From Janthinobacterium lividum (lineage in GTDB: Bacteria; Pseudomonadota; Alphaproteobacteria; Acetobacterales; Acetobacteraceae): a stretch of 50,232 nt of DNA. How positions within the stretch are numbered: the stretch's first letter is position 1; each line of letters begins with the position of its first letter. Shown one piece after another: positions 27,401-34,458 of this stretch. The notes under the pieces were generated by a model, which was given only the letters and a program-made list of their open reading frames with translations, did no database searches and was not told the DNA's origin. Both the position numbers and the translations under genes were made by a program. The DNA lies in contig JBPBQX010000330.1 in assembly GCA_050955025.1 (NCBI GenBank), positions 1 to 50,232 of the forward strand, given 5' to 3'.

Positions 27401-27673
27401 GAGGCCGTCGTGCTGGCGCGCCGGCAGGGCGCGCAGTTCGGCTTCGTGCCCTCGGTATGGCCGGAGACCTGGTGCTACGCGTTGTCGGAGCTGTGGCGGG
27501 CGGGGCTGGACGTGGCGGCGTTCGCCCTGGGCGCGCAGGCCGAACGCATCCGCAACGCGGGGCACGGCTTGCTGCTGCCGCCAGGGCTGCCGGCGGGCCA
27601 GGTCAATGACGCGCTGCTGCGTGCGGCGCTGGACGCCGGCCGCACGGAGCGTCAGATGGCCGGGGCAGGCTGA
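24470..27673 (+). CDS. glycosyltransferase of about 1070 aa: TPR-like N-terminus + unassigned domain + GT2 (GT-A) + Cys-cluster GT-B (GT4-like) domain
   Basis: The start is uncertain (TTG 24440 lies inside the REP element; GTG 24470; GTG 24509). GT2 domain VDVVMPVHRGEADFTACLATLL...IVVVDDASPD...NRGFPGAANTG...LLNPDT...YGEENDWCLR. C-terminal domain VVLVTHALGGGVERH...HHLLGH...VVHDYAAWCPRVSLCGANRRYCGEPVDQLTCEDC...PSVWPETWCYALSELWRAG. Confidence 0.8.
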   Translation: MLADRRPPAARHVVNDALDRAAHDAVERGRAALRAGERTEALRWLDRAHRLAPGDRSVALLLASAFTGVDAPHGRTLLRDLVAAAPDMRDARVALVLSELGLGGAAEAARQLGRLLMGMAPPPDAGFARVAGAVARAARAPGWIGADSRGLLLVCAEPVPGASDGSKSHGTRPVRVEIAVNGVRVDGIVADGIVRNRALAAGRTGVMTATCGGLALLGSGVDLAALRRTRGTAWLEPDGSLTGWAWLPGDPDRGPFLEVHGQGAAGASRPIRLRAVAEHGGGNGAERRRGFRVTAQRLSGADTIRVMGPDGRELTGSPLSGRAERQAGQAAAAALGQATSGREASLRVADNAPPASVDLWRPLPAGLGMPPEGRAATAGGISATARAIPARRPVDVVMPVHRGEADFTACLATLLRDRAARRQPAELRIVVVDDASPDPALRGAVAAAEARGDIVLLRHANNRGFPGAANTGLRHARTDGPRDVVLLNPDTLLPTDWLGRMAAAAYGAADVGSVTPMTDDGSILSYAADNASGDAEVQDLAQGMARLDRIDSMFRAANGDRVVALPTGIGFCMLLRHDCLAEVGLLREDVFAQGYGEENDWCLRAGHLGWRHVAATGVFVAHRGGRSFGPARAHLMARNMALLNRLHPGYDTLVARFEAADPLAPARRRVDRLRWAAGRRAGAVVLVTHALGGGVERHLRERVAAIRDDGLRAVVLRPAAAGQEPAAGTDRTEAASREKACAVSDGVDGRFADLGFAMPTEMAALARLLRGDGVRRVELHHLLGHAPEISGLAEMLEVPCDVVVHDYAAWCPRVSLCGANRRYCGEPVDQLTCEDCVADLGSRLDERIGVAALRARSGRMLRTARRVVAPSADAAERIARQFPGVAAVVAPWEDDARPPHDLGRDRGGAARGSAAGVRILVMGAIGVEKGYDVLLGCVRDAGRRGLPMDFVVAGHTMDDARLIEAGPVFVTGRYEEHEAVVLARRQGAQFGFVPSVWPETWCYALSELWRAGLDVAAFALGAQAERIRNAGHGLLLPPGLPAGQVNDALLRAALDAGRTERQMAGAG

Positions 27674-27680
27674 GCAGGAC

Positions 27681-28784
27681 ATGAACATGGCACAGGGCGA
27701 GTCGCGGACGCGCGAGACCCGGAACGGCACCTCGCGCCCGGGCGAACCGCCGCACGGCGCTGCGCCCGCGCCTGTCGGGGGCGTGACGGTCCCGGCACAC
27801 CGACGCGACGCGGCGGAGGCCGGGCTGGAGGTGACGGGGCAGTTCCTGGCGTTCGAGACCGGGCTGTATGCCGTCGACGTCGTGTCGGCGCGCTCGGTGG
27901 CCACAGACGTGGGGTTGCGCCTGCCCTGCGTACGAATCCAGCCGCTGCCGGCGTCGGCGGGCGCCGGCCAGGCGTTCGTGTCCGGGGCGGCAGAAGGCGG
28001 TTGGCTCGCCGGGGGAGCCACGGCGTTCGTGCTCGTGGTGGGCGGGCGGACGCGGGTGATGCTGACGGTCTACAAGGCCGCGGGGGGCATGGCACCTCCG
28101 GAACTGCGGGTCCGCCCGCTCGGCGCCGCCATGGGGCTAACTGTCCCGGAAGTGTCGGAGGCACCGGGACCTGACGCGCCGGAGCCGCCGCGCAGGACGG
28201 TGGTCGTGACCCCCGCGGTGCCTGCGGCCGCCACGCCGCCCGTGCAGGCGGCGGACGTGCCACCGGCACAGGTCGCGCACCCGGCGCCCATTCCGGGTGC
28301 GGGGCGTCCCGGCGTCGTGCTGATGGCACACGTGCAGGGCGTGGGCGACGTGTCCGCCGATGCGCAGGGCTGGGCGGGGCGGGCAGGCAGCCGGGCGCCG
28401 GTGGAAGGCTTCTCGGTGGCGGTCGACGGCGTGGACGCGTCGGAGATCGAGTACCAGGCGATCCTCGGCGACCAGTGGAACACGCCCTGGACCAGGGGCG
28501 GCGCGTTCTGCGGCAGCCGCGGGATGGCGCTGCCGATCCTGGGCTTCCGGGTGCGCCTGGTGGGCGCAGCCACGGAGCGTCTCGAATGCCGCTACTGGGG
28601 GGCGTTCGTCGGCAGGGGCGAGGTCGGGCCGCTGGGCAACGGCGCGGCGTGCCAGGCCGGGCAGGCGTTCCTGGAAGCCCTGCGGATCGTGGTCACGCCG
28701 CGCGGGTCAGGGAACGCCCTGCCGGAAGCGTTGCCCGCCGCGGCGGAGGGCATTCGCGCGAAGGCGCCACGCGGCCGGCGGTGA
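27681..28784 (+). CDS. hypothetical protein with three C-terminal ChW-like (hydrophobic-W type) repeats and a Pro/Ala-rich linker
   Basis: ATG at 27681, 8 nt after the upstream stop. C-terminal repeats LMAHVQGVGDVSADAQGWAGRAGSRAPVEGFSVAVDG / IEYQAILGDQWNTPWTRGGAFCGSRGMALPILGFRVRLVG / LECRYWGAFVGRGEVGPLGNGAACQAGQAFLEALRIVV. The domain assignment comes from motif memory only. Confidence 0.55.
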   Translation: MNMAQGESRTRETRNGTSRPGEPPHGAAPAPVGGVTVPAHRRDAAEAGLEVTGQFLAFETGLYAVDVVSARSVATDVGLRLPCVRIQPLPASAGAGQAFVSGAAEGGWLAGGATAFVLVVGGRTRVMLTVYKAAGGMAPPELRVRPLGAAMGLTVPEVSEAPGPDAPEPPRRTVVVTPAVPAAATPPVQAADVPPAQVAHPAPIPGAGRPGVVLMAHVQGVGDVSADAQGWAGRAGSRAPVEGFSVAVDGVDASEIEYQAILGDQWNTPWTRGGAFCGSRGMALPILGFRVRLVGAATERLECRYWGAFVGRGEVGPLGNGAACQAGQAFLEALRIVVTPRGSGNALPEALPAAAEGIRAKAPRGRR

Positions 28785-28815
28785 ACCCGTCGGGGCAGCG
28801 GCGGGCGTGGGACAG

Positions 28816-28869
28816 GAAAGGCCAGAGGCTCTGCCTCTGGACTCCGCCAAAGGCTCGCCTTTGGAATCC
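28816..28869. repeat. REP-like double-hairpin element (single arm, orientation B)
   Basis: GAAAGGCCAGAGGCTCTGCCTCTGGACTCCGCCAAAGGCTCGCCTTTGGAATCC. It lies between the convergent stops at 28784 and 28913. Confidence 0.85.
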
Positions 28870-28912
28870 GATGTCGAAGGAAGCGGCTTGAGGACCCCGG
28901 TCCTGCCTTGCT

Positions 28913-29776
28913 TCAGAACGTGCCCACGAAGCGGGCCGGGATGCGCCAGAACTCCTCGGCGACAAGGCCGAGGTCGAGTCGGTAGAACTCCGCCCCTCGC
29001 GCGTGCTGCTCGTGCTCGATCCGCTGCAGCCAGTCGCGCAGCGGCGGCTCGGCCGGGTCGAGGGTGACGTCGGTGCGCGACGGCAGGTGCCCGACGCCGT
29101 ACAGGAAATCGTTGATGAACTGCTCGTCGCCGATCGCCTGGTGCTCGTTGACGCCGGGGTGGGCACGGGCCATGGCGCGGGTCTTGGCGAGGCGCTTCAG
29201 GCCGTGCTGCAGGTCATGGCGGCGGAGATGGAAGTTGAACAGCCGGTCGAAGCGTATCTCCGCGTCGGCGCTGTGGAAGCCGGGCTGCCAGCGCACCGGG
29301 CGGCGGATCATCACCGGCTTGCACATCGGGCTGACGAAACGCACCCAGCCGCGCTGCAGGCTGATCGGACGCGACGGGTCGATCTCCGGCTCGAGGCGCG
29401 GCGCATGGTTCACGTCCAGCCCAATGGCCGTGACCACCGGCAGCGTGCAGCGCCCGCAGAACTCCGCGAGGCCGCCGGCCAACAGCGGGTCGGCGACCAG
29501 CAGCTCGTCCACGTCGGTGTGGAACACGACATCGTAGTAGGCCAGCAGGCCGGCGGCGATGTGGCTCACGCAGTCCGCGCGCCTGGTCTCGTCGAGCGGG
29601 GTGCGCGGCATGCGGATGCGCGTCGCCTTGCCGAGCGACTCGGTGCTGCCGTCGTCCGAGCCGTGGTCGATCACGAAGCAGTTCTCCGCGCCGAGCTGAC
29701 GGGCGTAGTGGCGCAGCCAGATCGGCAGGAAATACGCCTCGTTCCAGGTCATCGTCAGGGCGGCGATCCGCACCAT
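28913..29776 (-). CDS. GT-A fold glycosyltransferase (Glyco_tranf_2_4 / GT92-like)
   Basis: MVRIAALTMTWNEAYFLPIWLRHYARQLGAENCFVIDHGSDDGS...YDVVFHTDVDELLV. Same family pattern as 5001..6350, but with host-like GC content. Confidence 0.75.
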   Translation of the reverse strand: MVRIAALTMTWNEAYFLPIWLRHYARQLGAENCFVIDHGSDDGSTESLGKATRIRMPRTPLDETRRADCVSHIAAGLLAYYDVVFHTDVDELLVADPLLAGGLAEFCGRCTLPVVTAIGLDVNHAPRLEPEIDPSRPISLQRGWVRFVSPMCKPVMIRRPVRWQPGFHSADAEIRFDRLFNFHLRRHDLQHGLKRLAKTRAMARAHPGVNEHQAIGDEQFINDFLYGVGHLPSRTDVTLDPAEPPLRDWLQRIEHEQHARGAEFYRLDLGLVAEEFWRIPARFVGTF

Positions 29777-30123
29777 GCATCCTCCGGTTGCGCGGCAAGC
29801 CTATGCGCTTGGTCGGGGTGCGACAATGGCGGGCGGAGGACACGAAGCAGGCGGCTCGCACGCAAATCCTGGGCGGGCGCACTGGCTTGCGTCGAGACGA
29901 TGGATGCGGTCCGGCAAGGCCGCCCTTGGTGACACGCCGGCAACTGCGTGCGACGCAGTGCGTGTCGGTCCGGGCTGGCGCGCACGCCCGCCCGGACCTG
30001 ACCTGCAGCATGGGTCTGCCACGCCAGCGGCCTGCCGACAGAGTGGCACAACTCCGGGTTGCGGGGAACCTGCGTCGAGGGGCGGTCGTGACATGGGCTG
30101 GGGCTGCACGCCGGGAGGGCGCG

Positions 30124-30984
30124 TCAGTCCGGCAGGTGCGCGCTGTCGCCGCCGGTGACGTCGAGCGAGGTTCCCGTGACCATGCGCGCCGCGTCCGACG
30201 CGAGGAACACGTAGGCGGGGGCGACGTCACGCGCCTGGACCCAGGGCACGCCGAGCGGGGTGCTCGCGGACTTGGCCTGCTCGACCTGCTGCTCGAGATC
30301 GCCGTCGGGCACCTTGCCCTTCGCCTCCTTGAGCGCCTGGGCGTAGCGCGAGCGGTGCCGGGTGAGCGGCGTGTCGATCAGGCCGGGCACGACGGCGTTC
30401 ACGGTGATGCCGAACTCGCCCAGCTCCAGCGCCGCGGACTTCATCAGCCCGAGCAGGCCCCATTTGGAGGCCGAGTACGCGCTCCCGTCGCGCATGCCGT
30501 GCCGCCCCTGGGTGGAGGAGGTGACGATGATCCGCCCTGCCCTGCGCCCGGCCATCAGCGGCGCCACCGCGCGCAGCGTGTTGGCCGTGCCGGTCAGGTT
30601 GACGTCAATCTGGTCGTGCCAGTCGGCGTCCTCCATCTCCAGCAGCGGGCGGAATGACTGGATGCCCGCCACTGCGGCGAGCACCGCGATCGGGCCCAGT
30701 TCGCGCTCGGTGCGCGCGCAGGCGGCGCGAAGGGCCGGCAGGTCGCGCAGGTCGGCGGTGAGCGGCAGGAACCGCACCCCTTCCGCCTCGACCATGCGGC
30801 CCGTCGCGGCCAGATCCTCCGGCGTCGGCTGCACGTAGTCCTGCGCCTCGCTGGCACGGCCGGCCAGGTCGAGGCCGGCGACATGCGCGCCTTCCCGGGC
30901 GAAGGCGAGCGCCACCTCGCGACCGATGCCGCGGGCGGCACCGGTCACCAGGACCACCTGGCCGTGGAAGCTCGTGCTGGTCAT
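30124..30984 (-). CDS. SDR-family oxidoreductase
   Basis: ATG at 30984 follows GGAAGGAGGAG. VVLVTGAARGIGREVA (TGxxxGxG) ... SSTQG...YSASKWGLLGLMKSAALE (YxxxK) ... NAVVPGLIDTP. Confidence 0.85.
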   Translation of the reverse strand: MTSTSFHGQVVLVTGAARGIGREVALAFAREGAHVAGLDLAGRASEAQDYVQPTPEDLAATGRMVEAEGVRFLPLTADLRDLPALRAACARTERELGPIAVLAAVAGIQSFRPLLEMEDADWHDQIDVNLTGTANTLRAVAPLMAGRRAGRIIVTSSTQGRHGMRDGSAYSASKWGLLGLMKSAALELGEFGITVNAVVPGLIDTPLTRHRSRYAQALKEAKGKVPDGDLEQQVEQAKSASTPLGVPWVQARDVAPAYVFLASDAARMVTGTSLDVTGGDSAHLPD

Positions 30985-31197
30985 GGGCGCTCCTCCTTCC
31001 TGCCGGACCCAGGGACAGGGTCCTGGCCCCGTCCCGTGGGCCCACGGCGGCAGCCCCGGACCGGCGCCCGCTGCGGCTTCAAGCCGCAGACCCGGCGGCA
31101 GTTTCCGCAGACAAGCCGGCGACGAGGTTCGGATGCATGGCTTCGGGCCCTGGCCCTGCTCCAGCAGAGCCCGCCGCAACAGGGCAATTCGCAGTGA

Positions 31198-33216
31198 TCA
31201 GGGCGCGTCGCGGAAGAAGCGGTGGAACCACGAGAGGGTGCGGCGGCGCAGGTCGTCGCGGTCGGCCTCGCGGCGAAAGGCGTGGCCCTCGTCCTTGTAG
31301 ACCACCAGCGTGGTGGGCACGCCCAGCGCCTGCAGCGCGGTGTGGAACTCCTGGCTCTGCGGCAGCGGGCACTCGACGTCGCGGTCGCCGACCCCGAGCA
31401 GGACCGGGGTGGAGACGCCCTGCATGTGGGTCACCGGCGAGGCGCGCAGGTAGGGCTCGGGGTTGTCGTAGACGGAGCCGCCGAAGCTGACCGGGTCCGA
31501 GCCGGCCTGCGGCGCCTCGCCCTCGATCGACAGCCAGTCCGACACGCCGGCCACCGCCACGGCGGCGGCGAAGCGGCGGGTCTGCGTTACCGCCCACATC
31601 GCCATGTAGCCGCCGTAGGAGCCTCCCGTGATGCCGACCTTGTGCTCGTCGACCGGGGTGGCCCGCGCCGCGGCGTCGATGGCGGACAGCACGTCGCGCC
31701 AGTCGCCGCCGCCGATATCGCCGATGCTGGCGGTGGCAAAGGCCTCGCCGCCCCCGAAGCTGCCGCGGTAGTTCGGCTCGATCACCGCCCATCCCTGGTC
31801 GAGCAAGGCACGCAGCGTGCCGCGCGTGGCGGCGAAGACGGGCAGCGCGGCCGCCTGCGGACCGCCATGCACGTCGACGATGAGCGGGCGGGCCGGCGGC
31901 GCCCCGGCCGGGCGCGAGCCCGGAACCGCGGCGTCAGGTGTCAGCAGCCAGCCCTGCACGTCGACGCCGTCGCTGCGCCAGGTGATCGAGCGCGCGGTGC
32001 CGGGCGCGGCCAGGCCCCGGTTGGCGCGGGTGAGCGCGCGCCAGTCGCCGACCGGGCCGGCGACCAGCTCCGGCGGGTCGGCGAAGCTCTGCGACACGGC
32101 GGCGGAGCGGCCCCTGCTGCACGACAGCGACGGGTTCCAGCCGCGGGCGGACAGCACGCGCTCGCCGGACCACAGCGTGCGCGGCGCCCGGCCGGGCGAC
32201 AGCGACGCCACCTCCGTCGCGCCGCCCGCCAGCATCACCGCGGTGAGGCCGTCGCCGCAGCCCCAGTCGATCGCTGTGACGCTGGCGTGCAGGTCCGGGG
32301 TGAGGTCCACAGGCGCGGGAGCCGCGGCCTCGCCGGGTCGCGCCGGATCAGGAAGGGCGAGCAGAAATGCGTCGCCGCCGGTGGAGCCGAAGTCGCTCAT
32401 CCAGCCGCCGACGAAGGCGACGCTGCGTCCGTCGGGGGAGACCGCGGGCGAGGCGAGCTGCTCGCGCGGGCCGGGGGCGAACAGGACGCGCGACGCGCCG
32501 GACGGATCGAACGCCCAGAGCCGGGCGACCCACCACTGGCTGTCGCCGTCCCCCGGCGCCGCGGTGGCCACGAAGCCGCCGTCGGGGCGCCAGTCGAACT
32601 CGTAGACGTAGAGGCCGGGTGGCGAGGCGAGGCGCAGCGTGCCGTGCTCGACCACGGCGATGCGCTGCTCGTCCGGATCCGTGCCGACCTCGCCTTCCAA
32701 TGGGACGCCGGCCTCGGTGGCGCCGGCGCGCTTGTGGGCGTGGGGCGTGGCGAGCACGGCAAGCCGATCGCCGGGACCGTGGCGCAGGCCGGCAAGCGGG
32801 CCGGGGAAGGCGAGCACACGGCGCGAAAGGCCCCCTTCGGCCGGCACGACCTCGATCGTGGTGGCCACGCCGTCCGGCTGCTCCAGCAGGAAGGCGAGCT
32901 CGCGTCCGTCCCTGCTCCAGCTCGGTGAGGAAGGGGTGCAGCCGGGACGGCCGGCGCAGGCCAGCTGGATGGTCACTGCGCCGCCCGCGAGGTCACGGAT
33001 CACCAGCCGCACGGGAGGGCGGGTCTCTCCGGGAAGGTCGTCGGTCTCGATCGAGGCGATGTGCCCGCCGTCCGGAGACAGGACAACGGTGCCGAACATG
33101 TGCAGCGGGCGGCTGGGTGCCGGCACGACCTGCGGCGCGGCAGCAGACGGCACGATGCGTGCGAAGGCCGGAGCGGCCAGCAGAAGGATCGGGACGAGGG
33201 CAGAGGCGAGGCGCAT
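31198..33216 (-). CDS. S9-family serine peptidase (prolyl oligopeptidase / acylaminoacyl-peptidase type) with an N-terminal beta-propeller and a signal peptide
   Basis: The ATG at 33216 gives MRLASALVPILLLAAPAFA. Nucleophile motif ITGGSYGGYMAMWA. C-terminal ...GVGDRDVECP...YKDEGHAF. Confidence 0.85.
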   Translation of the reverse strand: MRLASALVPILLLAAPAFARIVPSAAAPQVVPAPSRPLHMFGTVVLSPDGGHIASIETDDLPGETRPPVRLVIRDLAGGAVTIQLACAGRPGCTPSSPSWSRDGRELAFLLEQPDGVATTIEVVPAEGGLSRRVLAFPGPLAGLRHGPGDRLAVLATPHAHKRAGATEAGVPLEGEVGTDPDEQRIAVVEHGTLRLASPPGLYVYEFDWRPDGGFVATAAPGDGDSQWWVARLWAFDPSGASRVLFAPGPREQLASPAVSPDGRSVAFVGGWMSDFGSTGGDAFLLALPDPARPGEAAAPAPVDLTPDLHASVTAIDWGCGDGLTAVMLAGGATEVASLSPGRAPRTLWSGERVLSARGWNPSLSCSRGRSAAVSQSFADPPELVAGPVGDWRALTRANRGLAAPGTARSITWRSDGVDVQGWLLTPDAAVPGSRPAGAPPARPLIVDVHGGPQAAALPVFAATRGTLRALLDQGWAVIEPNYRGSFGGGEAFATASIGDIGGGDWRDVLSAIDAAARATPVDEHKVGITGGSYGGYMAMWAVTQTRRFAAAVAVAGVSDWLSIEGEAPQAGSDPVSFGGSVYDNPEPYLRASPVTHMQGVSTPVLLGVGDRDVECPLPQSQEFHTALQALGVPTTLVVYKDEGHAFRREADRDDLRRRTLSWFHRFFRDAP

Positions 33217-33373
33217 CGGCGGTCTCCTGCGGCATCGTCGGAACGGCCGTGCCACGGTCCTGCGACCCGGCCCAGCGTGTCCGTCGGTGCGACGGCGGGC
33301 TGCGAAGCGTGGGCGCGACGGATCCGGCGGCGTGGAGGAGCGGATTCCTCCGGATCGGGATCGGACCGGGCCG

Positions 33374-34015
33374 CTACTGGCTTGCCCAGACGATCCTGTA
33401 CATCCAGGTGATCTCGGCAAGCTCGAAGGTGTATCCGGGGTGATCCGGATTGAGCGATCTCAGCTCAATGCGGCGCGCCGACTGCCGGGCGAGCTGCTTG
33501 GCCATGACCTCGCCGGCGGCAGTGCGCACGACGACCCGGTCGCCACGGCGAATCGGTGACGCTGGCGAAACGATGATGATGTCGCCGTCGCGGAACACCG
33601 GCTCCATGGAGTCGCCGCTGATCTCGAGGGCGTAGGCGTTCGGGTCGCTGATCTCGGGCAGCCCGACCTCGTCCCACCCCCCGCCGACCGGGTAGCCGCC
33701 GTCGTCGAAGAACCCCTCGGCACCGGCCTGGGCCAGGCCAAGCAGCGGAATGACCCGGGTCGCCGGCGCGGCCCTCGGGATGACACGGGCGCCTTTGACC
33801 AGGCTTCCGAAATCCAGGATGTCGGTGTCGGTCGCGTCGAACACCTTCGCGAGGCTTTCGGTTCCGGGCCATCTGGCCTTGCCGTCCGGGGTGCGGCGTT
33901 TCGACGGATTGAATGTCGTGGCGTCCAGGCCTGCCCGGCGTGCCAAGCCGGAGGTCGACAGGCCGCGTTCGGCGGCGAGCGTGTCGAGTGCCCGCCATAT
34001 GTCATCATGATTCAT
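33374..34015 (-). CDS. CI/LexA-like repressor: N-terminal HTH plus C-terminal S24 peptidase domain
   Basis: ATG at 34015 (MNHDDIWRALDTLAAERGLSTSGLARRAGLDATTFNPSKR...). S24 domain AYALEISGDSMEPVFRDGDIIIVSPASPIRRGDRVVVRTAAGEVMAKQL contains the Ser (GDSM) and Lys (MAK) dyad contexts. Confidence 0.8.
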   Translation of the reverse strand: MNHDDIWRALDTLAAERGLSTSGLARRAGLDATTFNPSKRRTPDGKARWPGTESLAKVFDATDTDILDFGSLVKGARVIPRAAPATRVIPLLGLAQAGAEGFFDDGGYPVGGGWDEVGLPEISDPNAYALEISGDSMEPVFRDGDIIIVSPASPIRRGDRVVVRTAAGEVMAKQLARQSARRIELRSLNPDHPGYTFELAEITWMYRIVWASQ

Positions 34016-34221
34016 GGGATATTGTTCTTGCCAGCCGGTTGCAGAACCCGTTCCGCCCGAAGTCGACATGGCAACATGCAGGCACCCTTGTTTCCATCGG
34101 CGGCCGGGGACAAGCGCAACCTCCGAGCATGGCAAAGGATGATTGCCTTGGCATCACACCGCAATAGGAATGCGGGCAGAAGCAGGGGATCGCCCGGGGG
34201 GAGGACAACGAGACATTGCGT

Positions 34222-34236
34222 GTTCTTGTATTGTTC
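34222..34236. promoter_or_regulatory. exact match to the alphaproteobacterial SOS (LexA) box pattern GTTC-N7-GTTC
   Basis: GTTCTTGTATTGTTC lies in the 443-bp divergent intergenic region. One or two chance matches to the 8 fixed bases are expected in 50 kb, so context is the main support. Confidence 0.4.
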
Positions 34237-34311
34237 TGCCATGATCGAACAAGGTCGGTCTCGCGCGTCAGAAAGGCACGAGCGTCGAGTGTCGCATGCC
34301 CGCCGATCAAG

Positions 34312-34329
34312 GGATGATACGGGTGTCAC
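34312..34329 (+). promoter_or_regulatory. operator-like direct repeat, copy 1 (GGATGATACGGGTGTCAC)
   Basis: It repeats at 34404..34420 as GGATGATACGGGATCAC. GTGTCAC also recurs at 34396..34402. The copies bracket the predicted promoter. Confidence 0.35.
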
Positions 34330-34346
34330 AGCAAGGAATTAAATCC

Positions 34347-34374
34347 TTGACCCTTCTGCAACCCTGGGTATATC
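34347..34374 (+). promoter_or_regulatory. sigma70-like promoter TTGACC-N16-TATATC
   Basis: -35 TTGACC at 34347-34352 and -10 TATATC at 34369-34374, facing the 72-aa ORF. This is pattern inspection only. Confidence 0.4.
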
Positions 34375-34403
34375 AAATCCTAGGCATGCAACTGTGTGTC
34401 ACT

Positions 34404-34420
34404 GGATGATACGGGATCAC
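34404..34420 (+). promoter_or_regulatory. operator-like direct repeat, copy 2 (GGATGATACGGGATCAC)
   Basis: See copy 1. It lies in the predicted 5' leader, 39 nt before the ATG at 34459. Confidence 0.35.
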
Positions 34421-34458
34421 CGGCCATTGCGGCCGACGGCAAGCACAACGGAGCCAGA

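Noticed and set aside
24404-28021. A 1205-aa minus-strand ORF, plus similar long antisense or alternative-frame ORFs (10033..12225, 21941..24373, 34521..37355, 44550..46769, 38762..41038, 10587..14024, 34907..37654, 19213..21783).
   Set aside because: Their translations are Arg/Pro/Gly/Ala-rich low-complexity strings with no family motifs. They lie exactly opposite or out of frame to ORFs with clear family signatures. Such shadow ORFs are typical of very GC-rich DNA.
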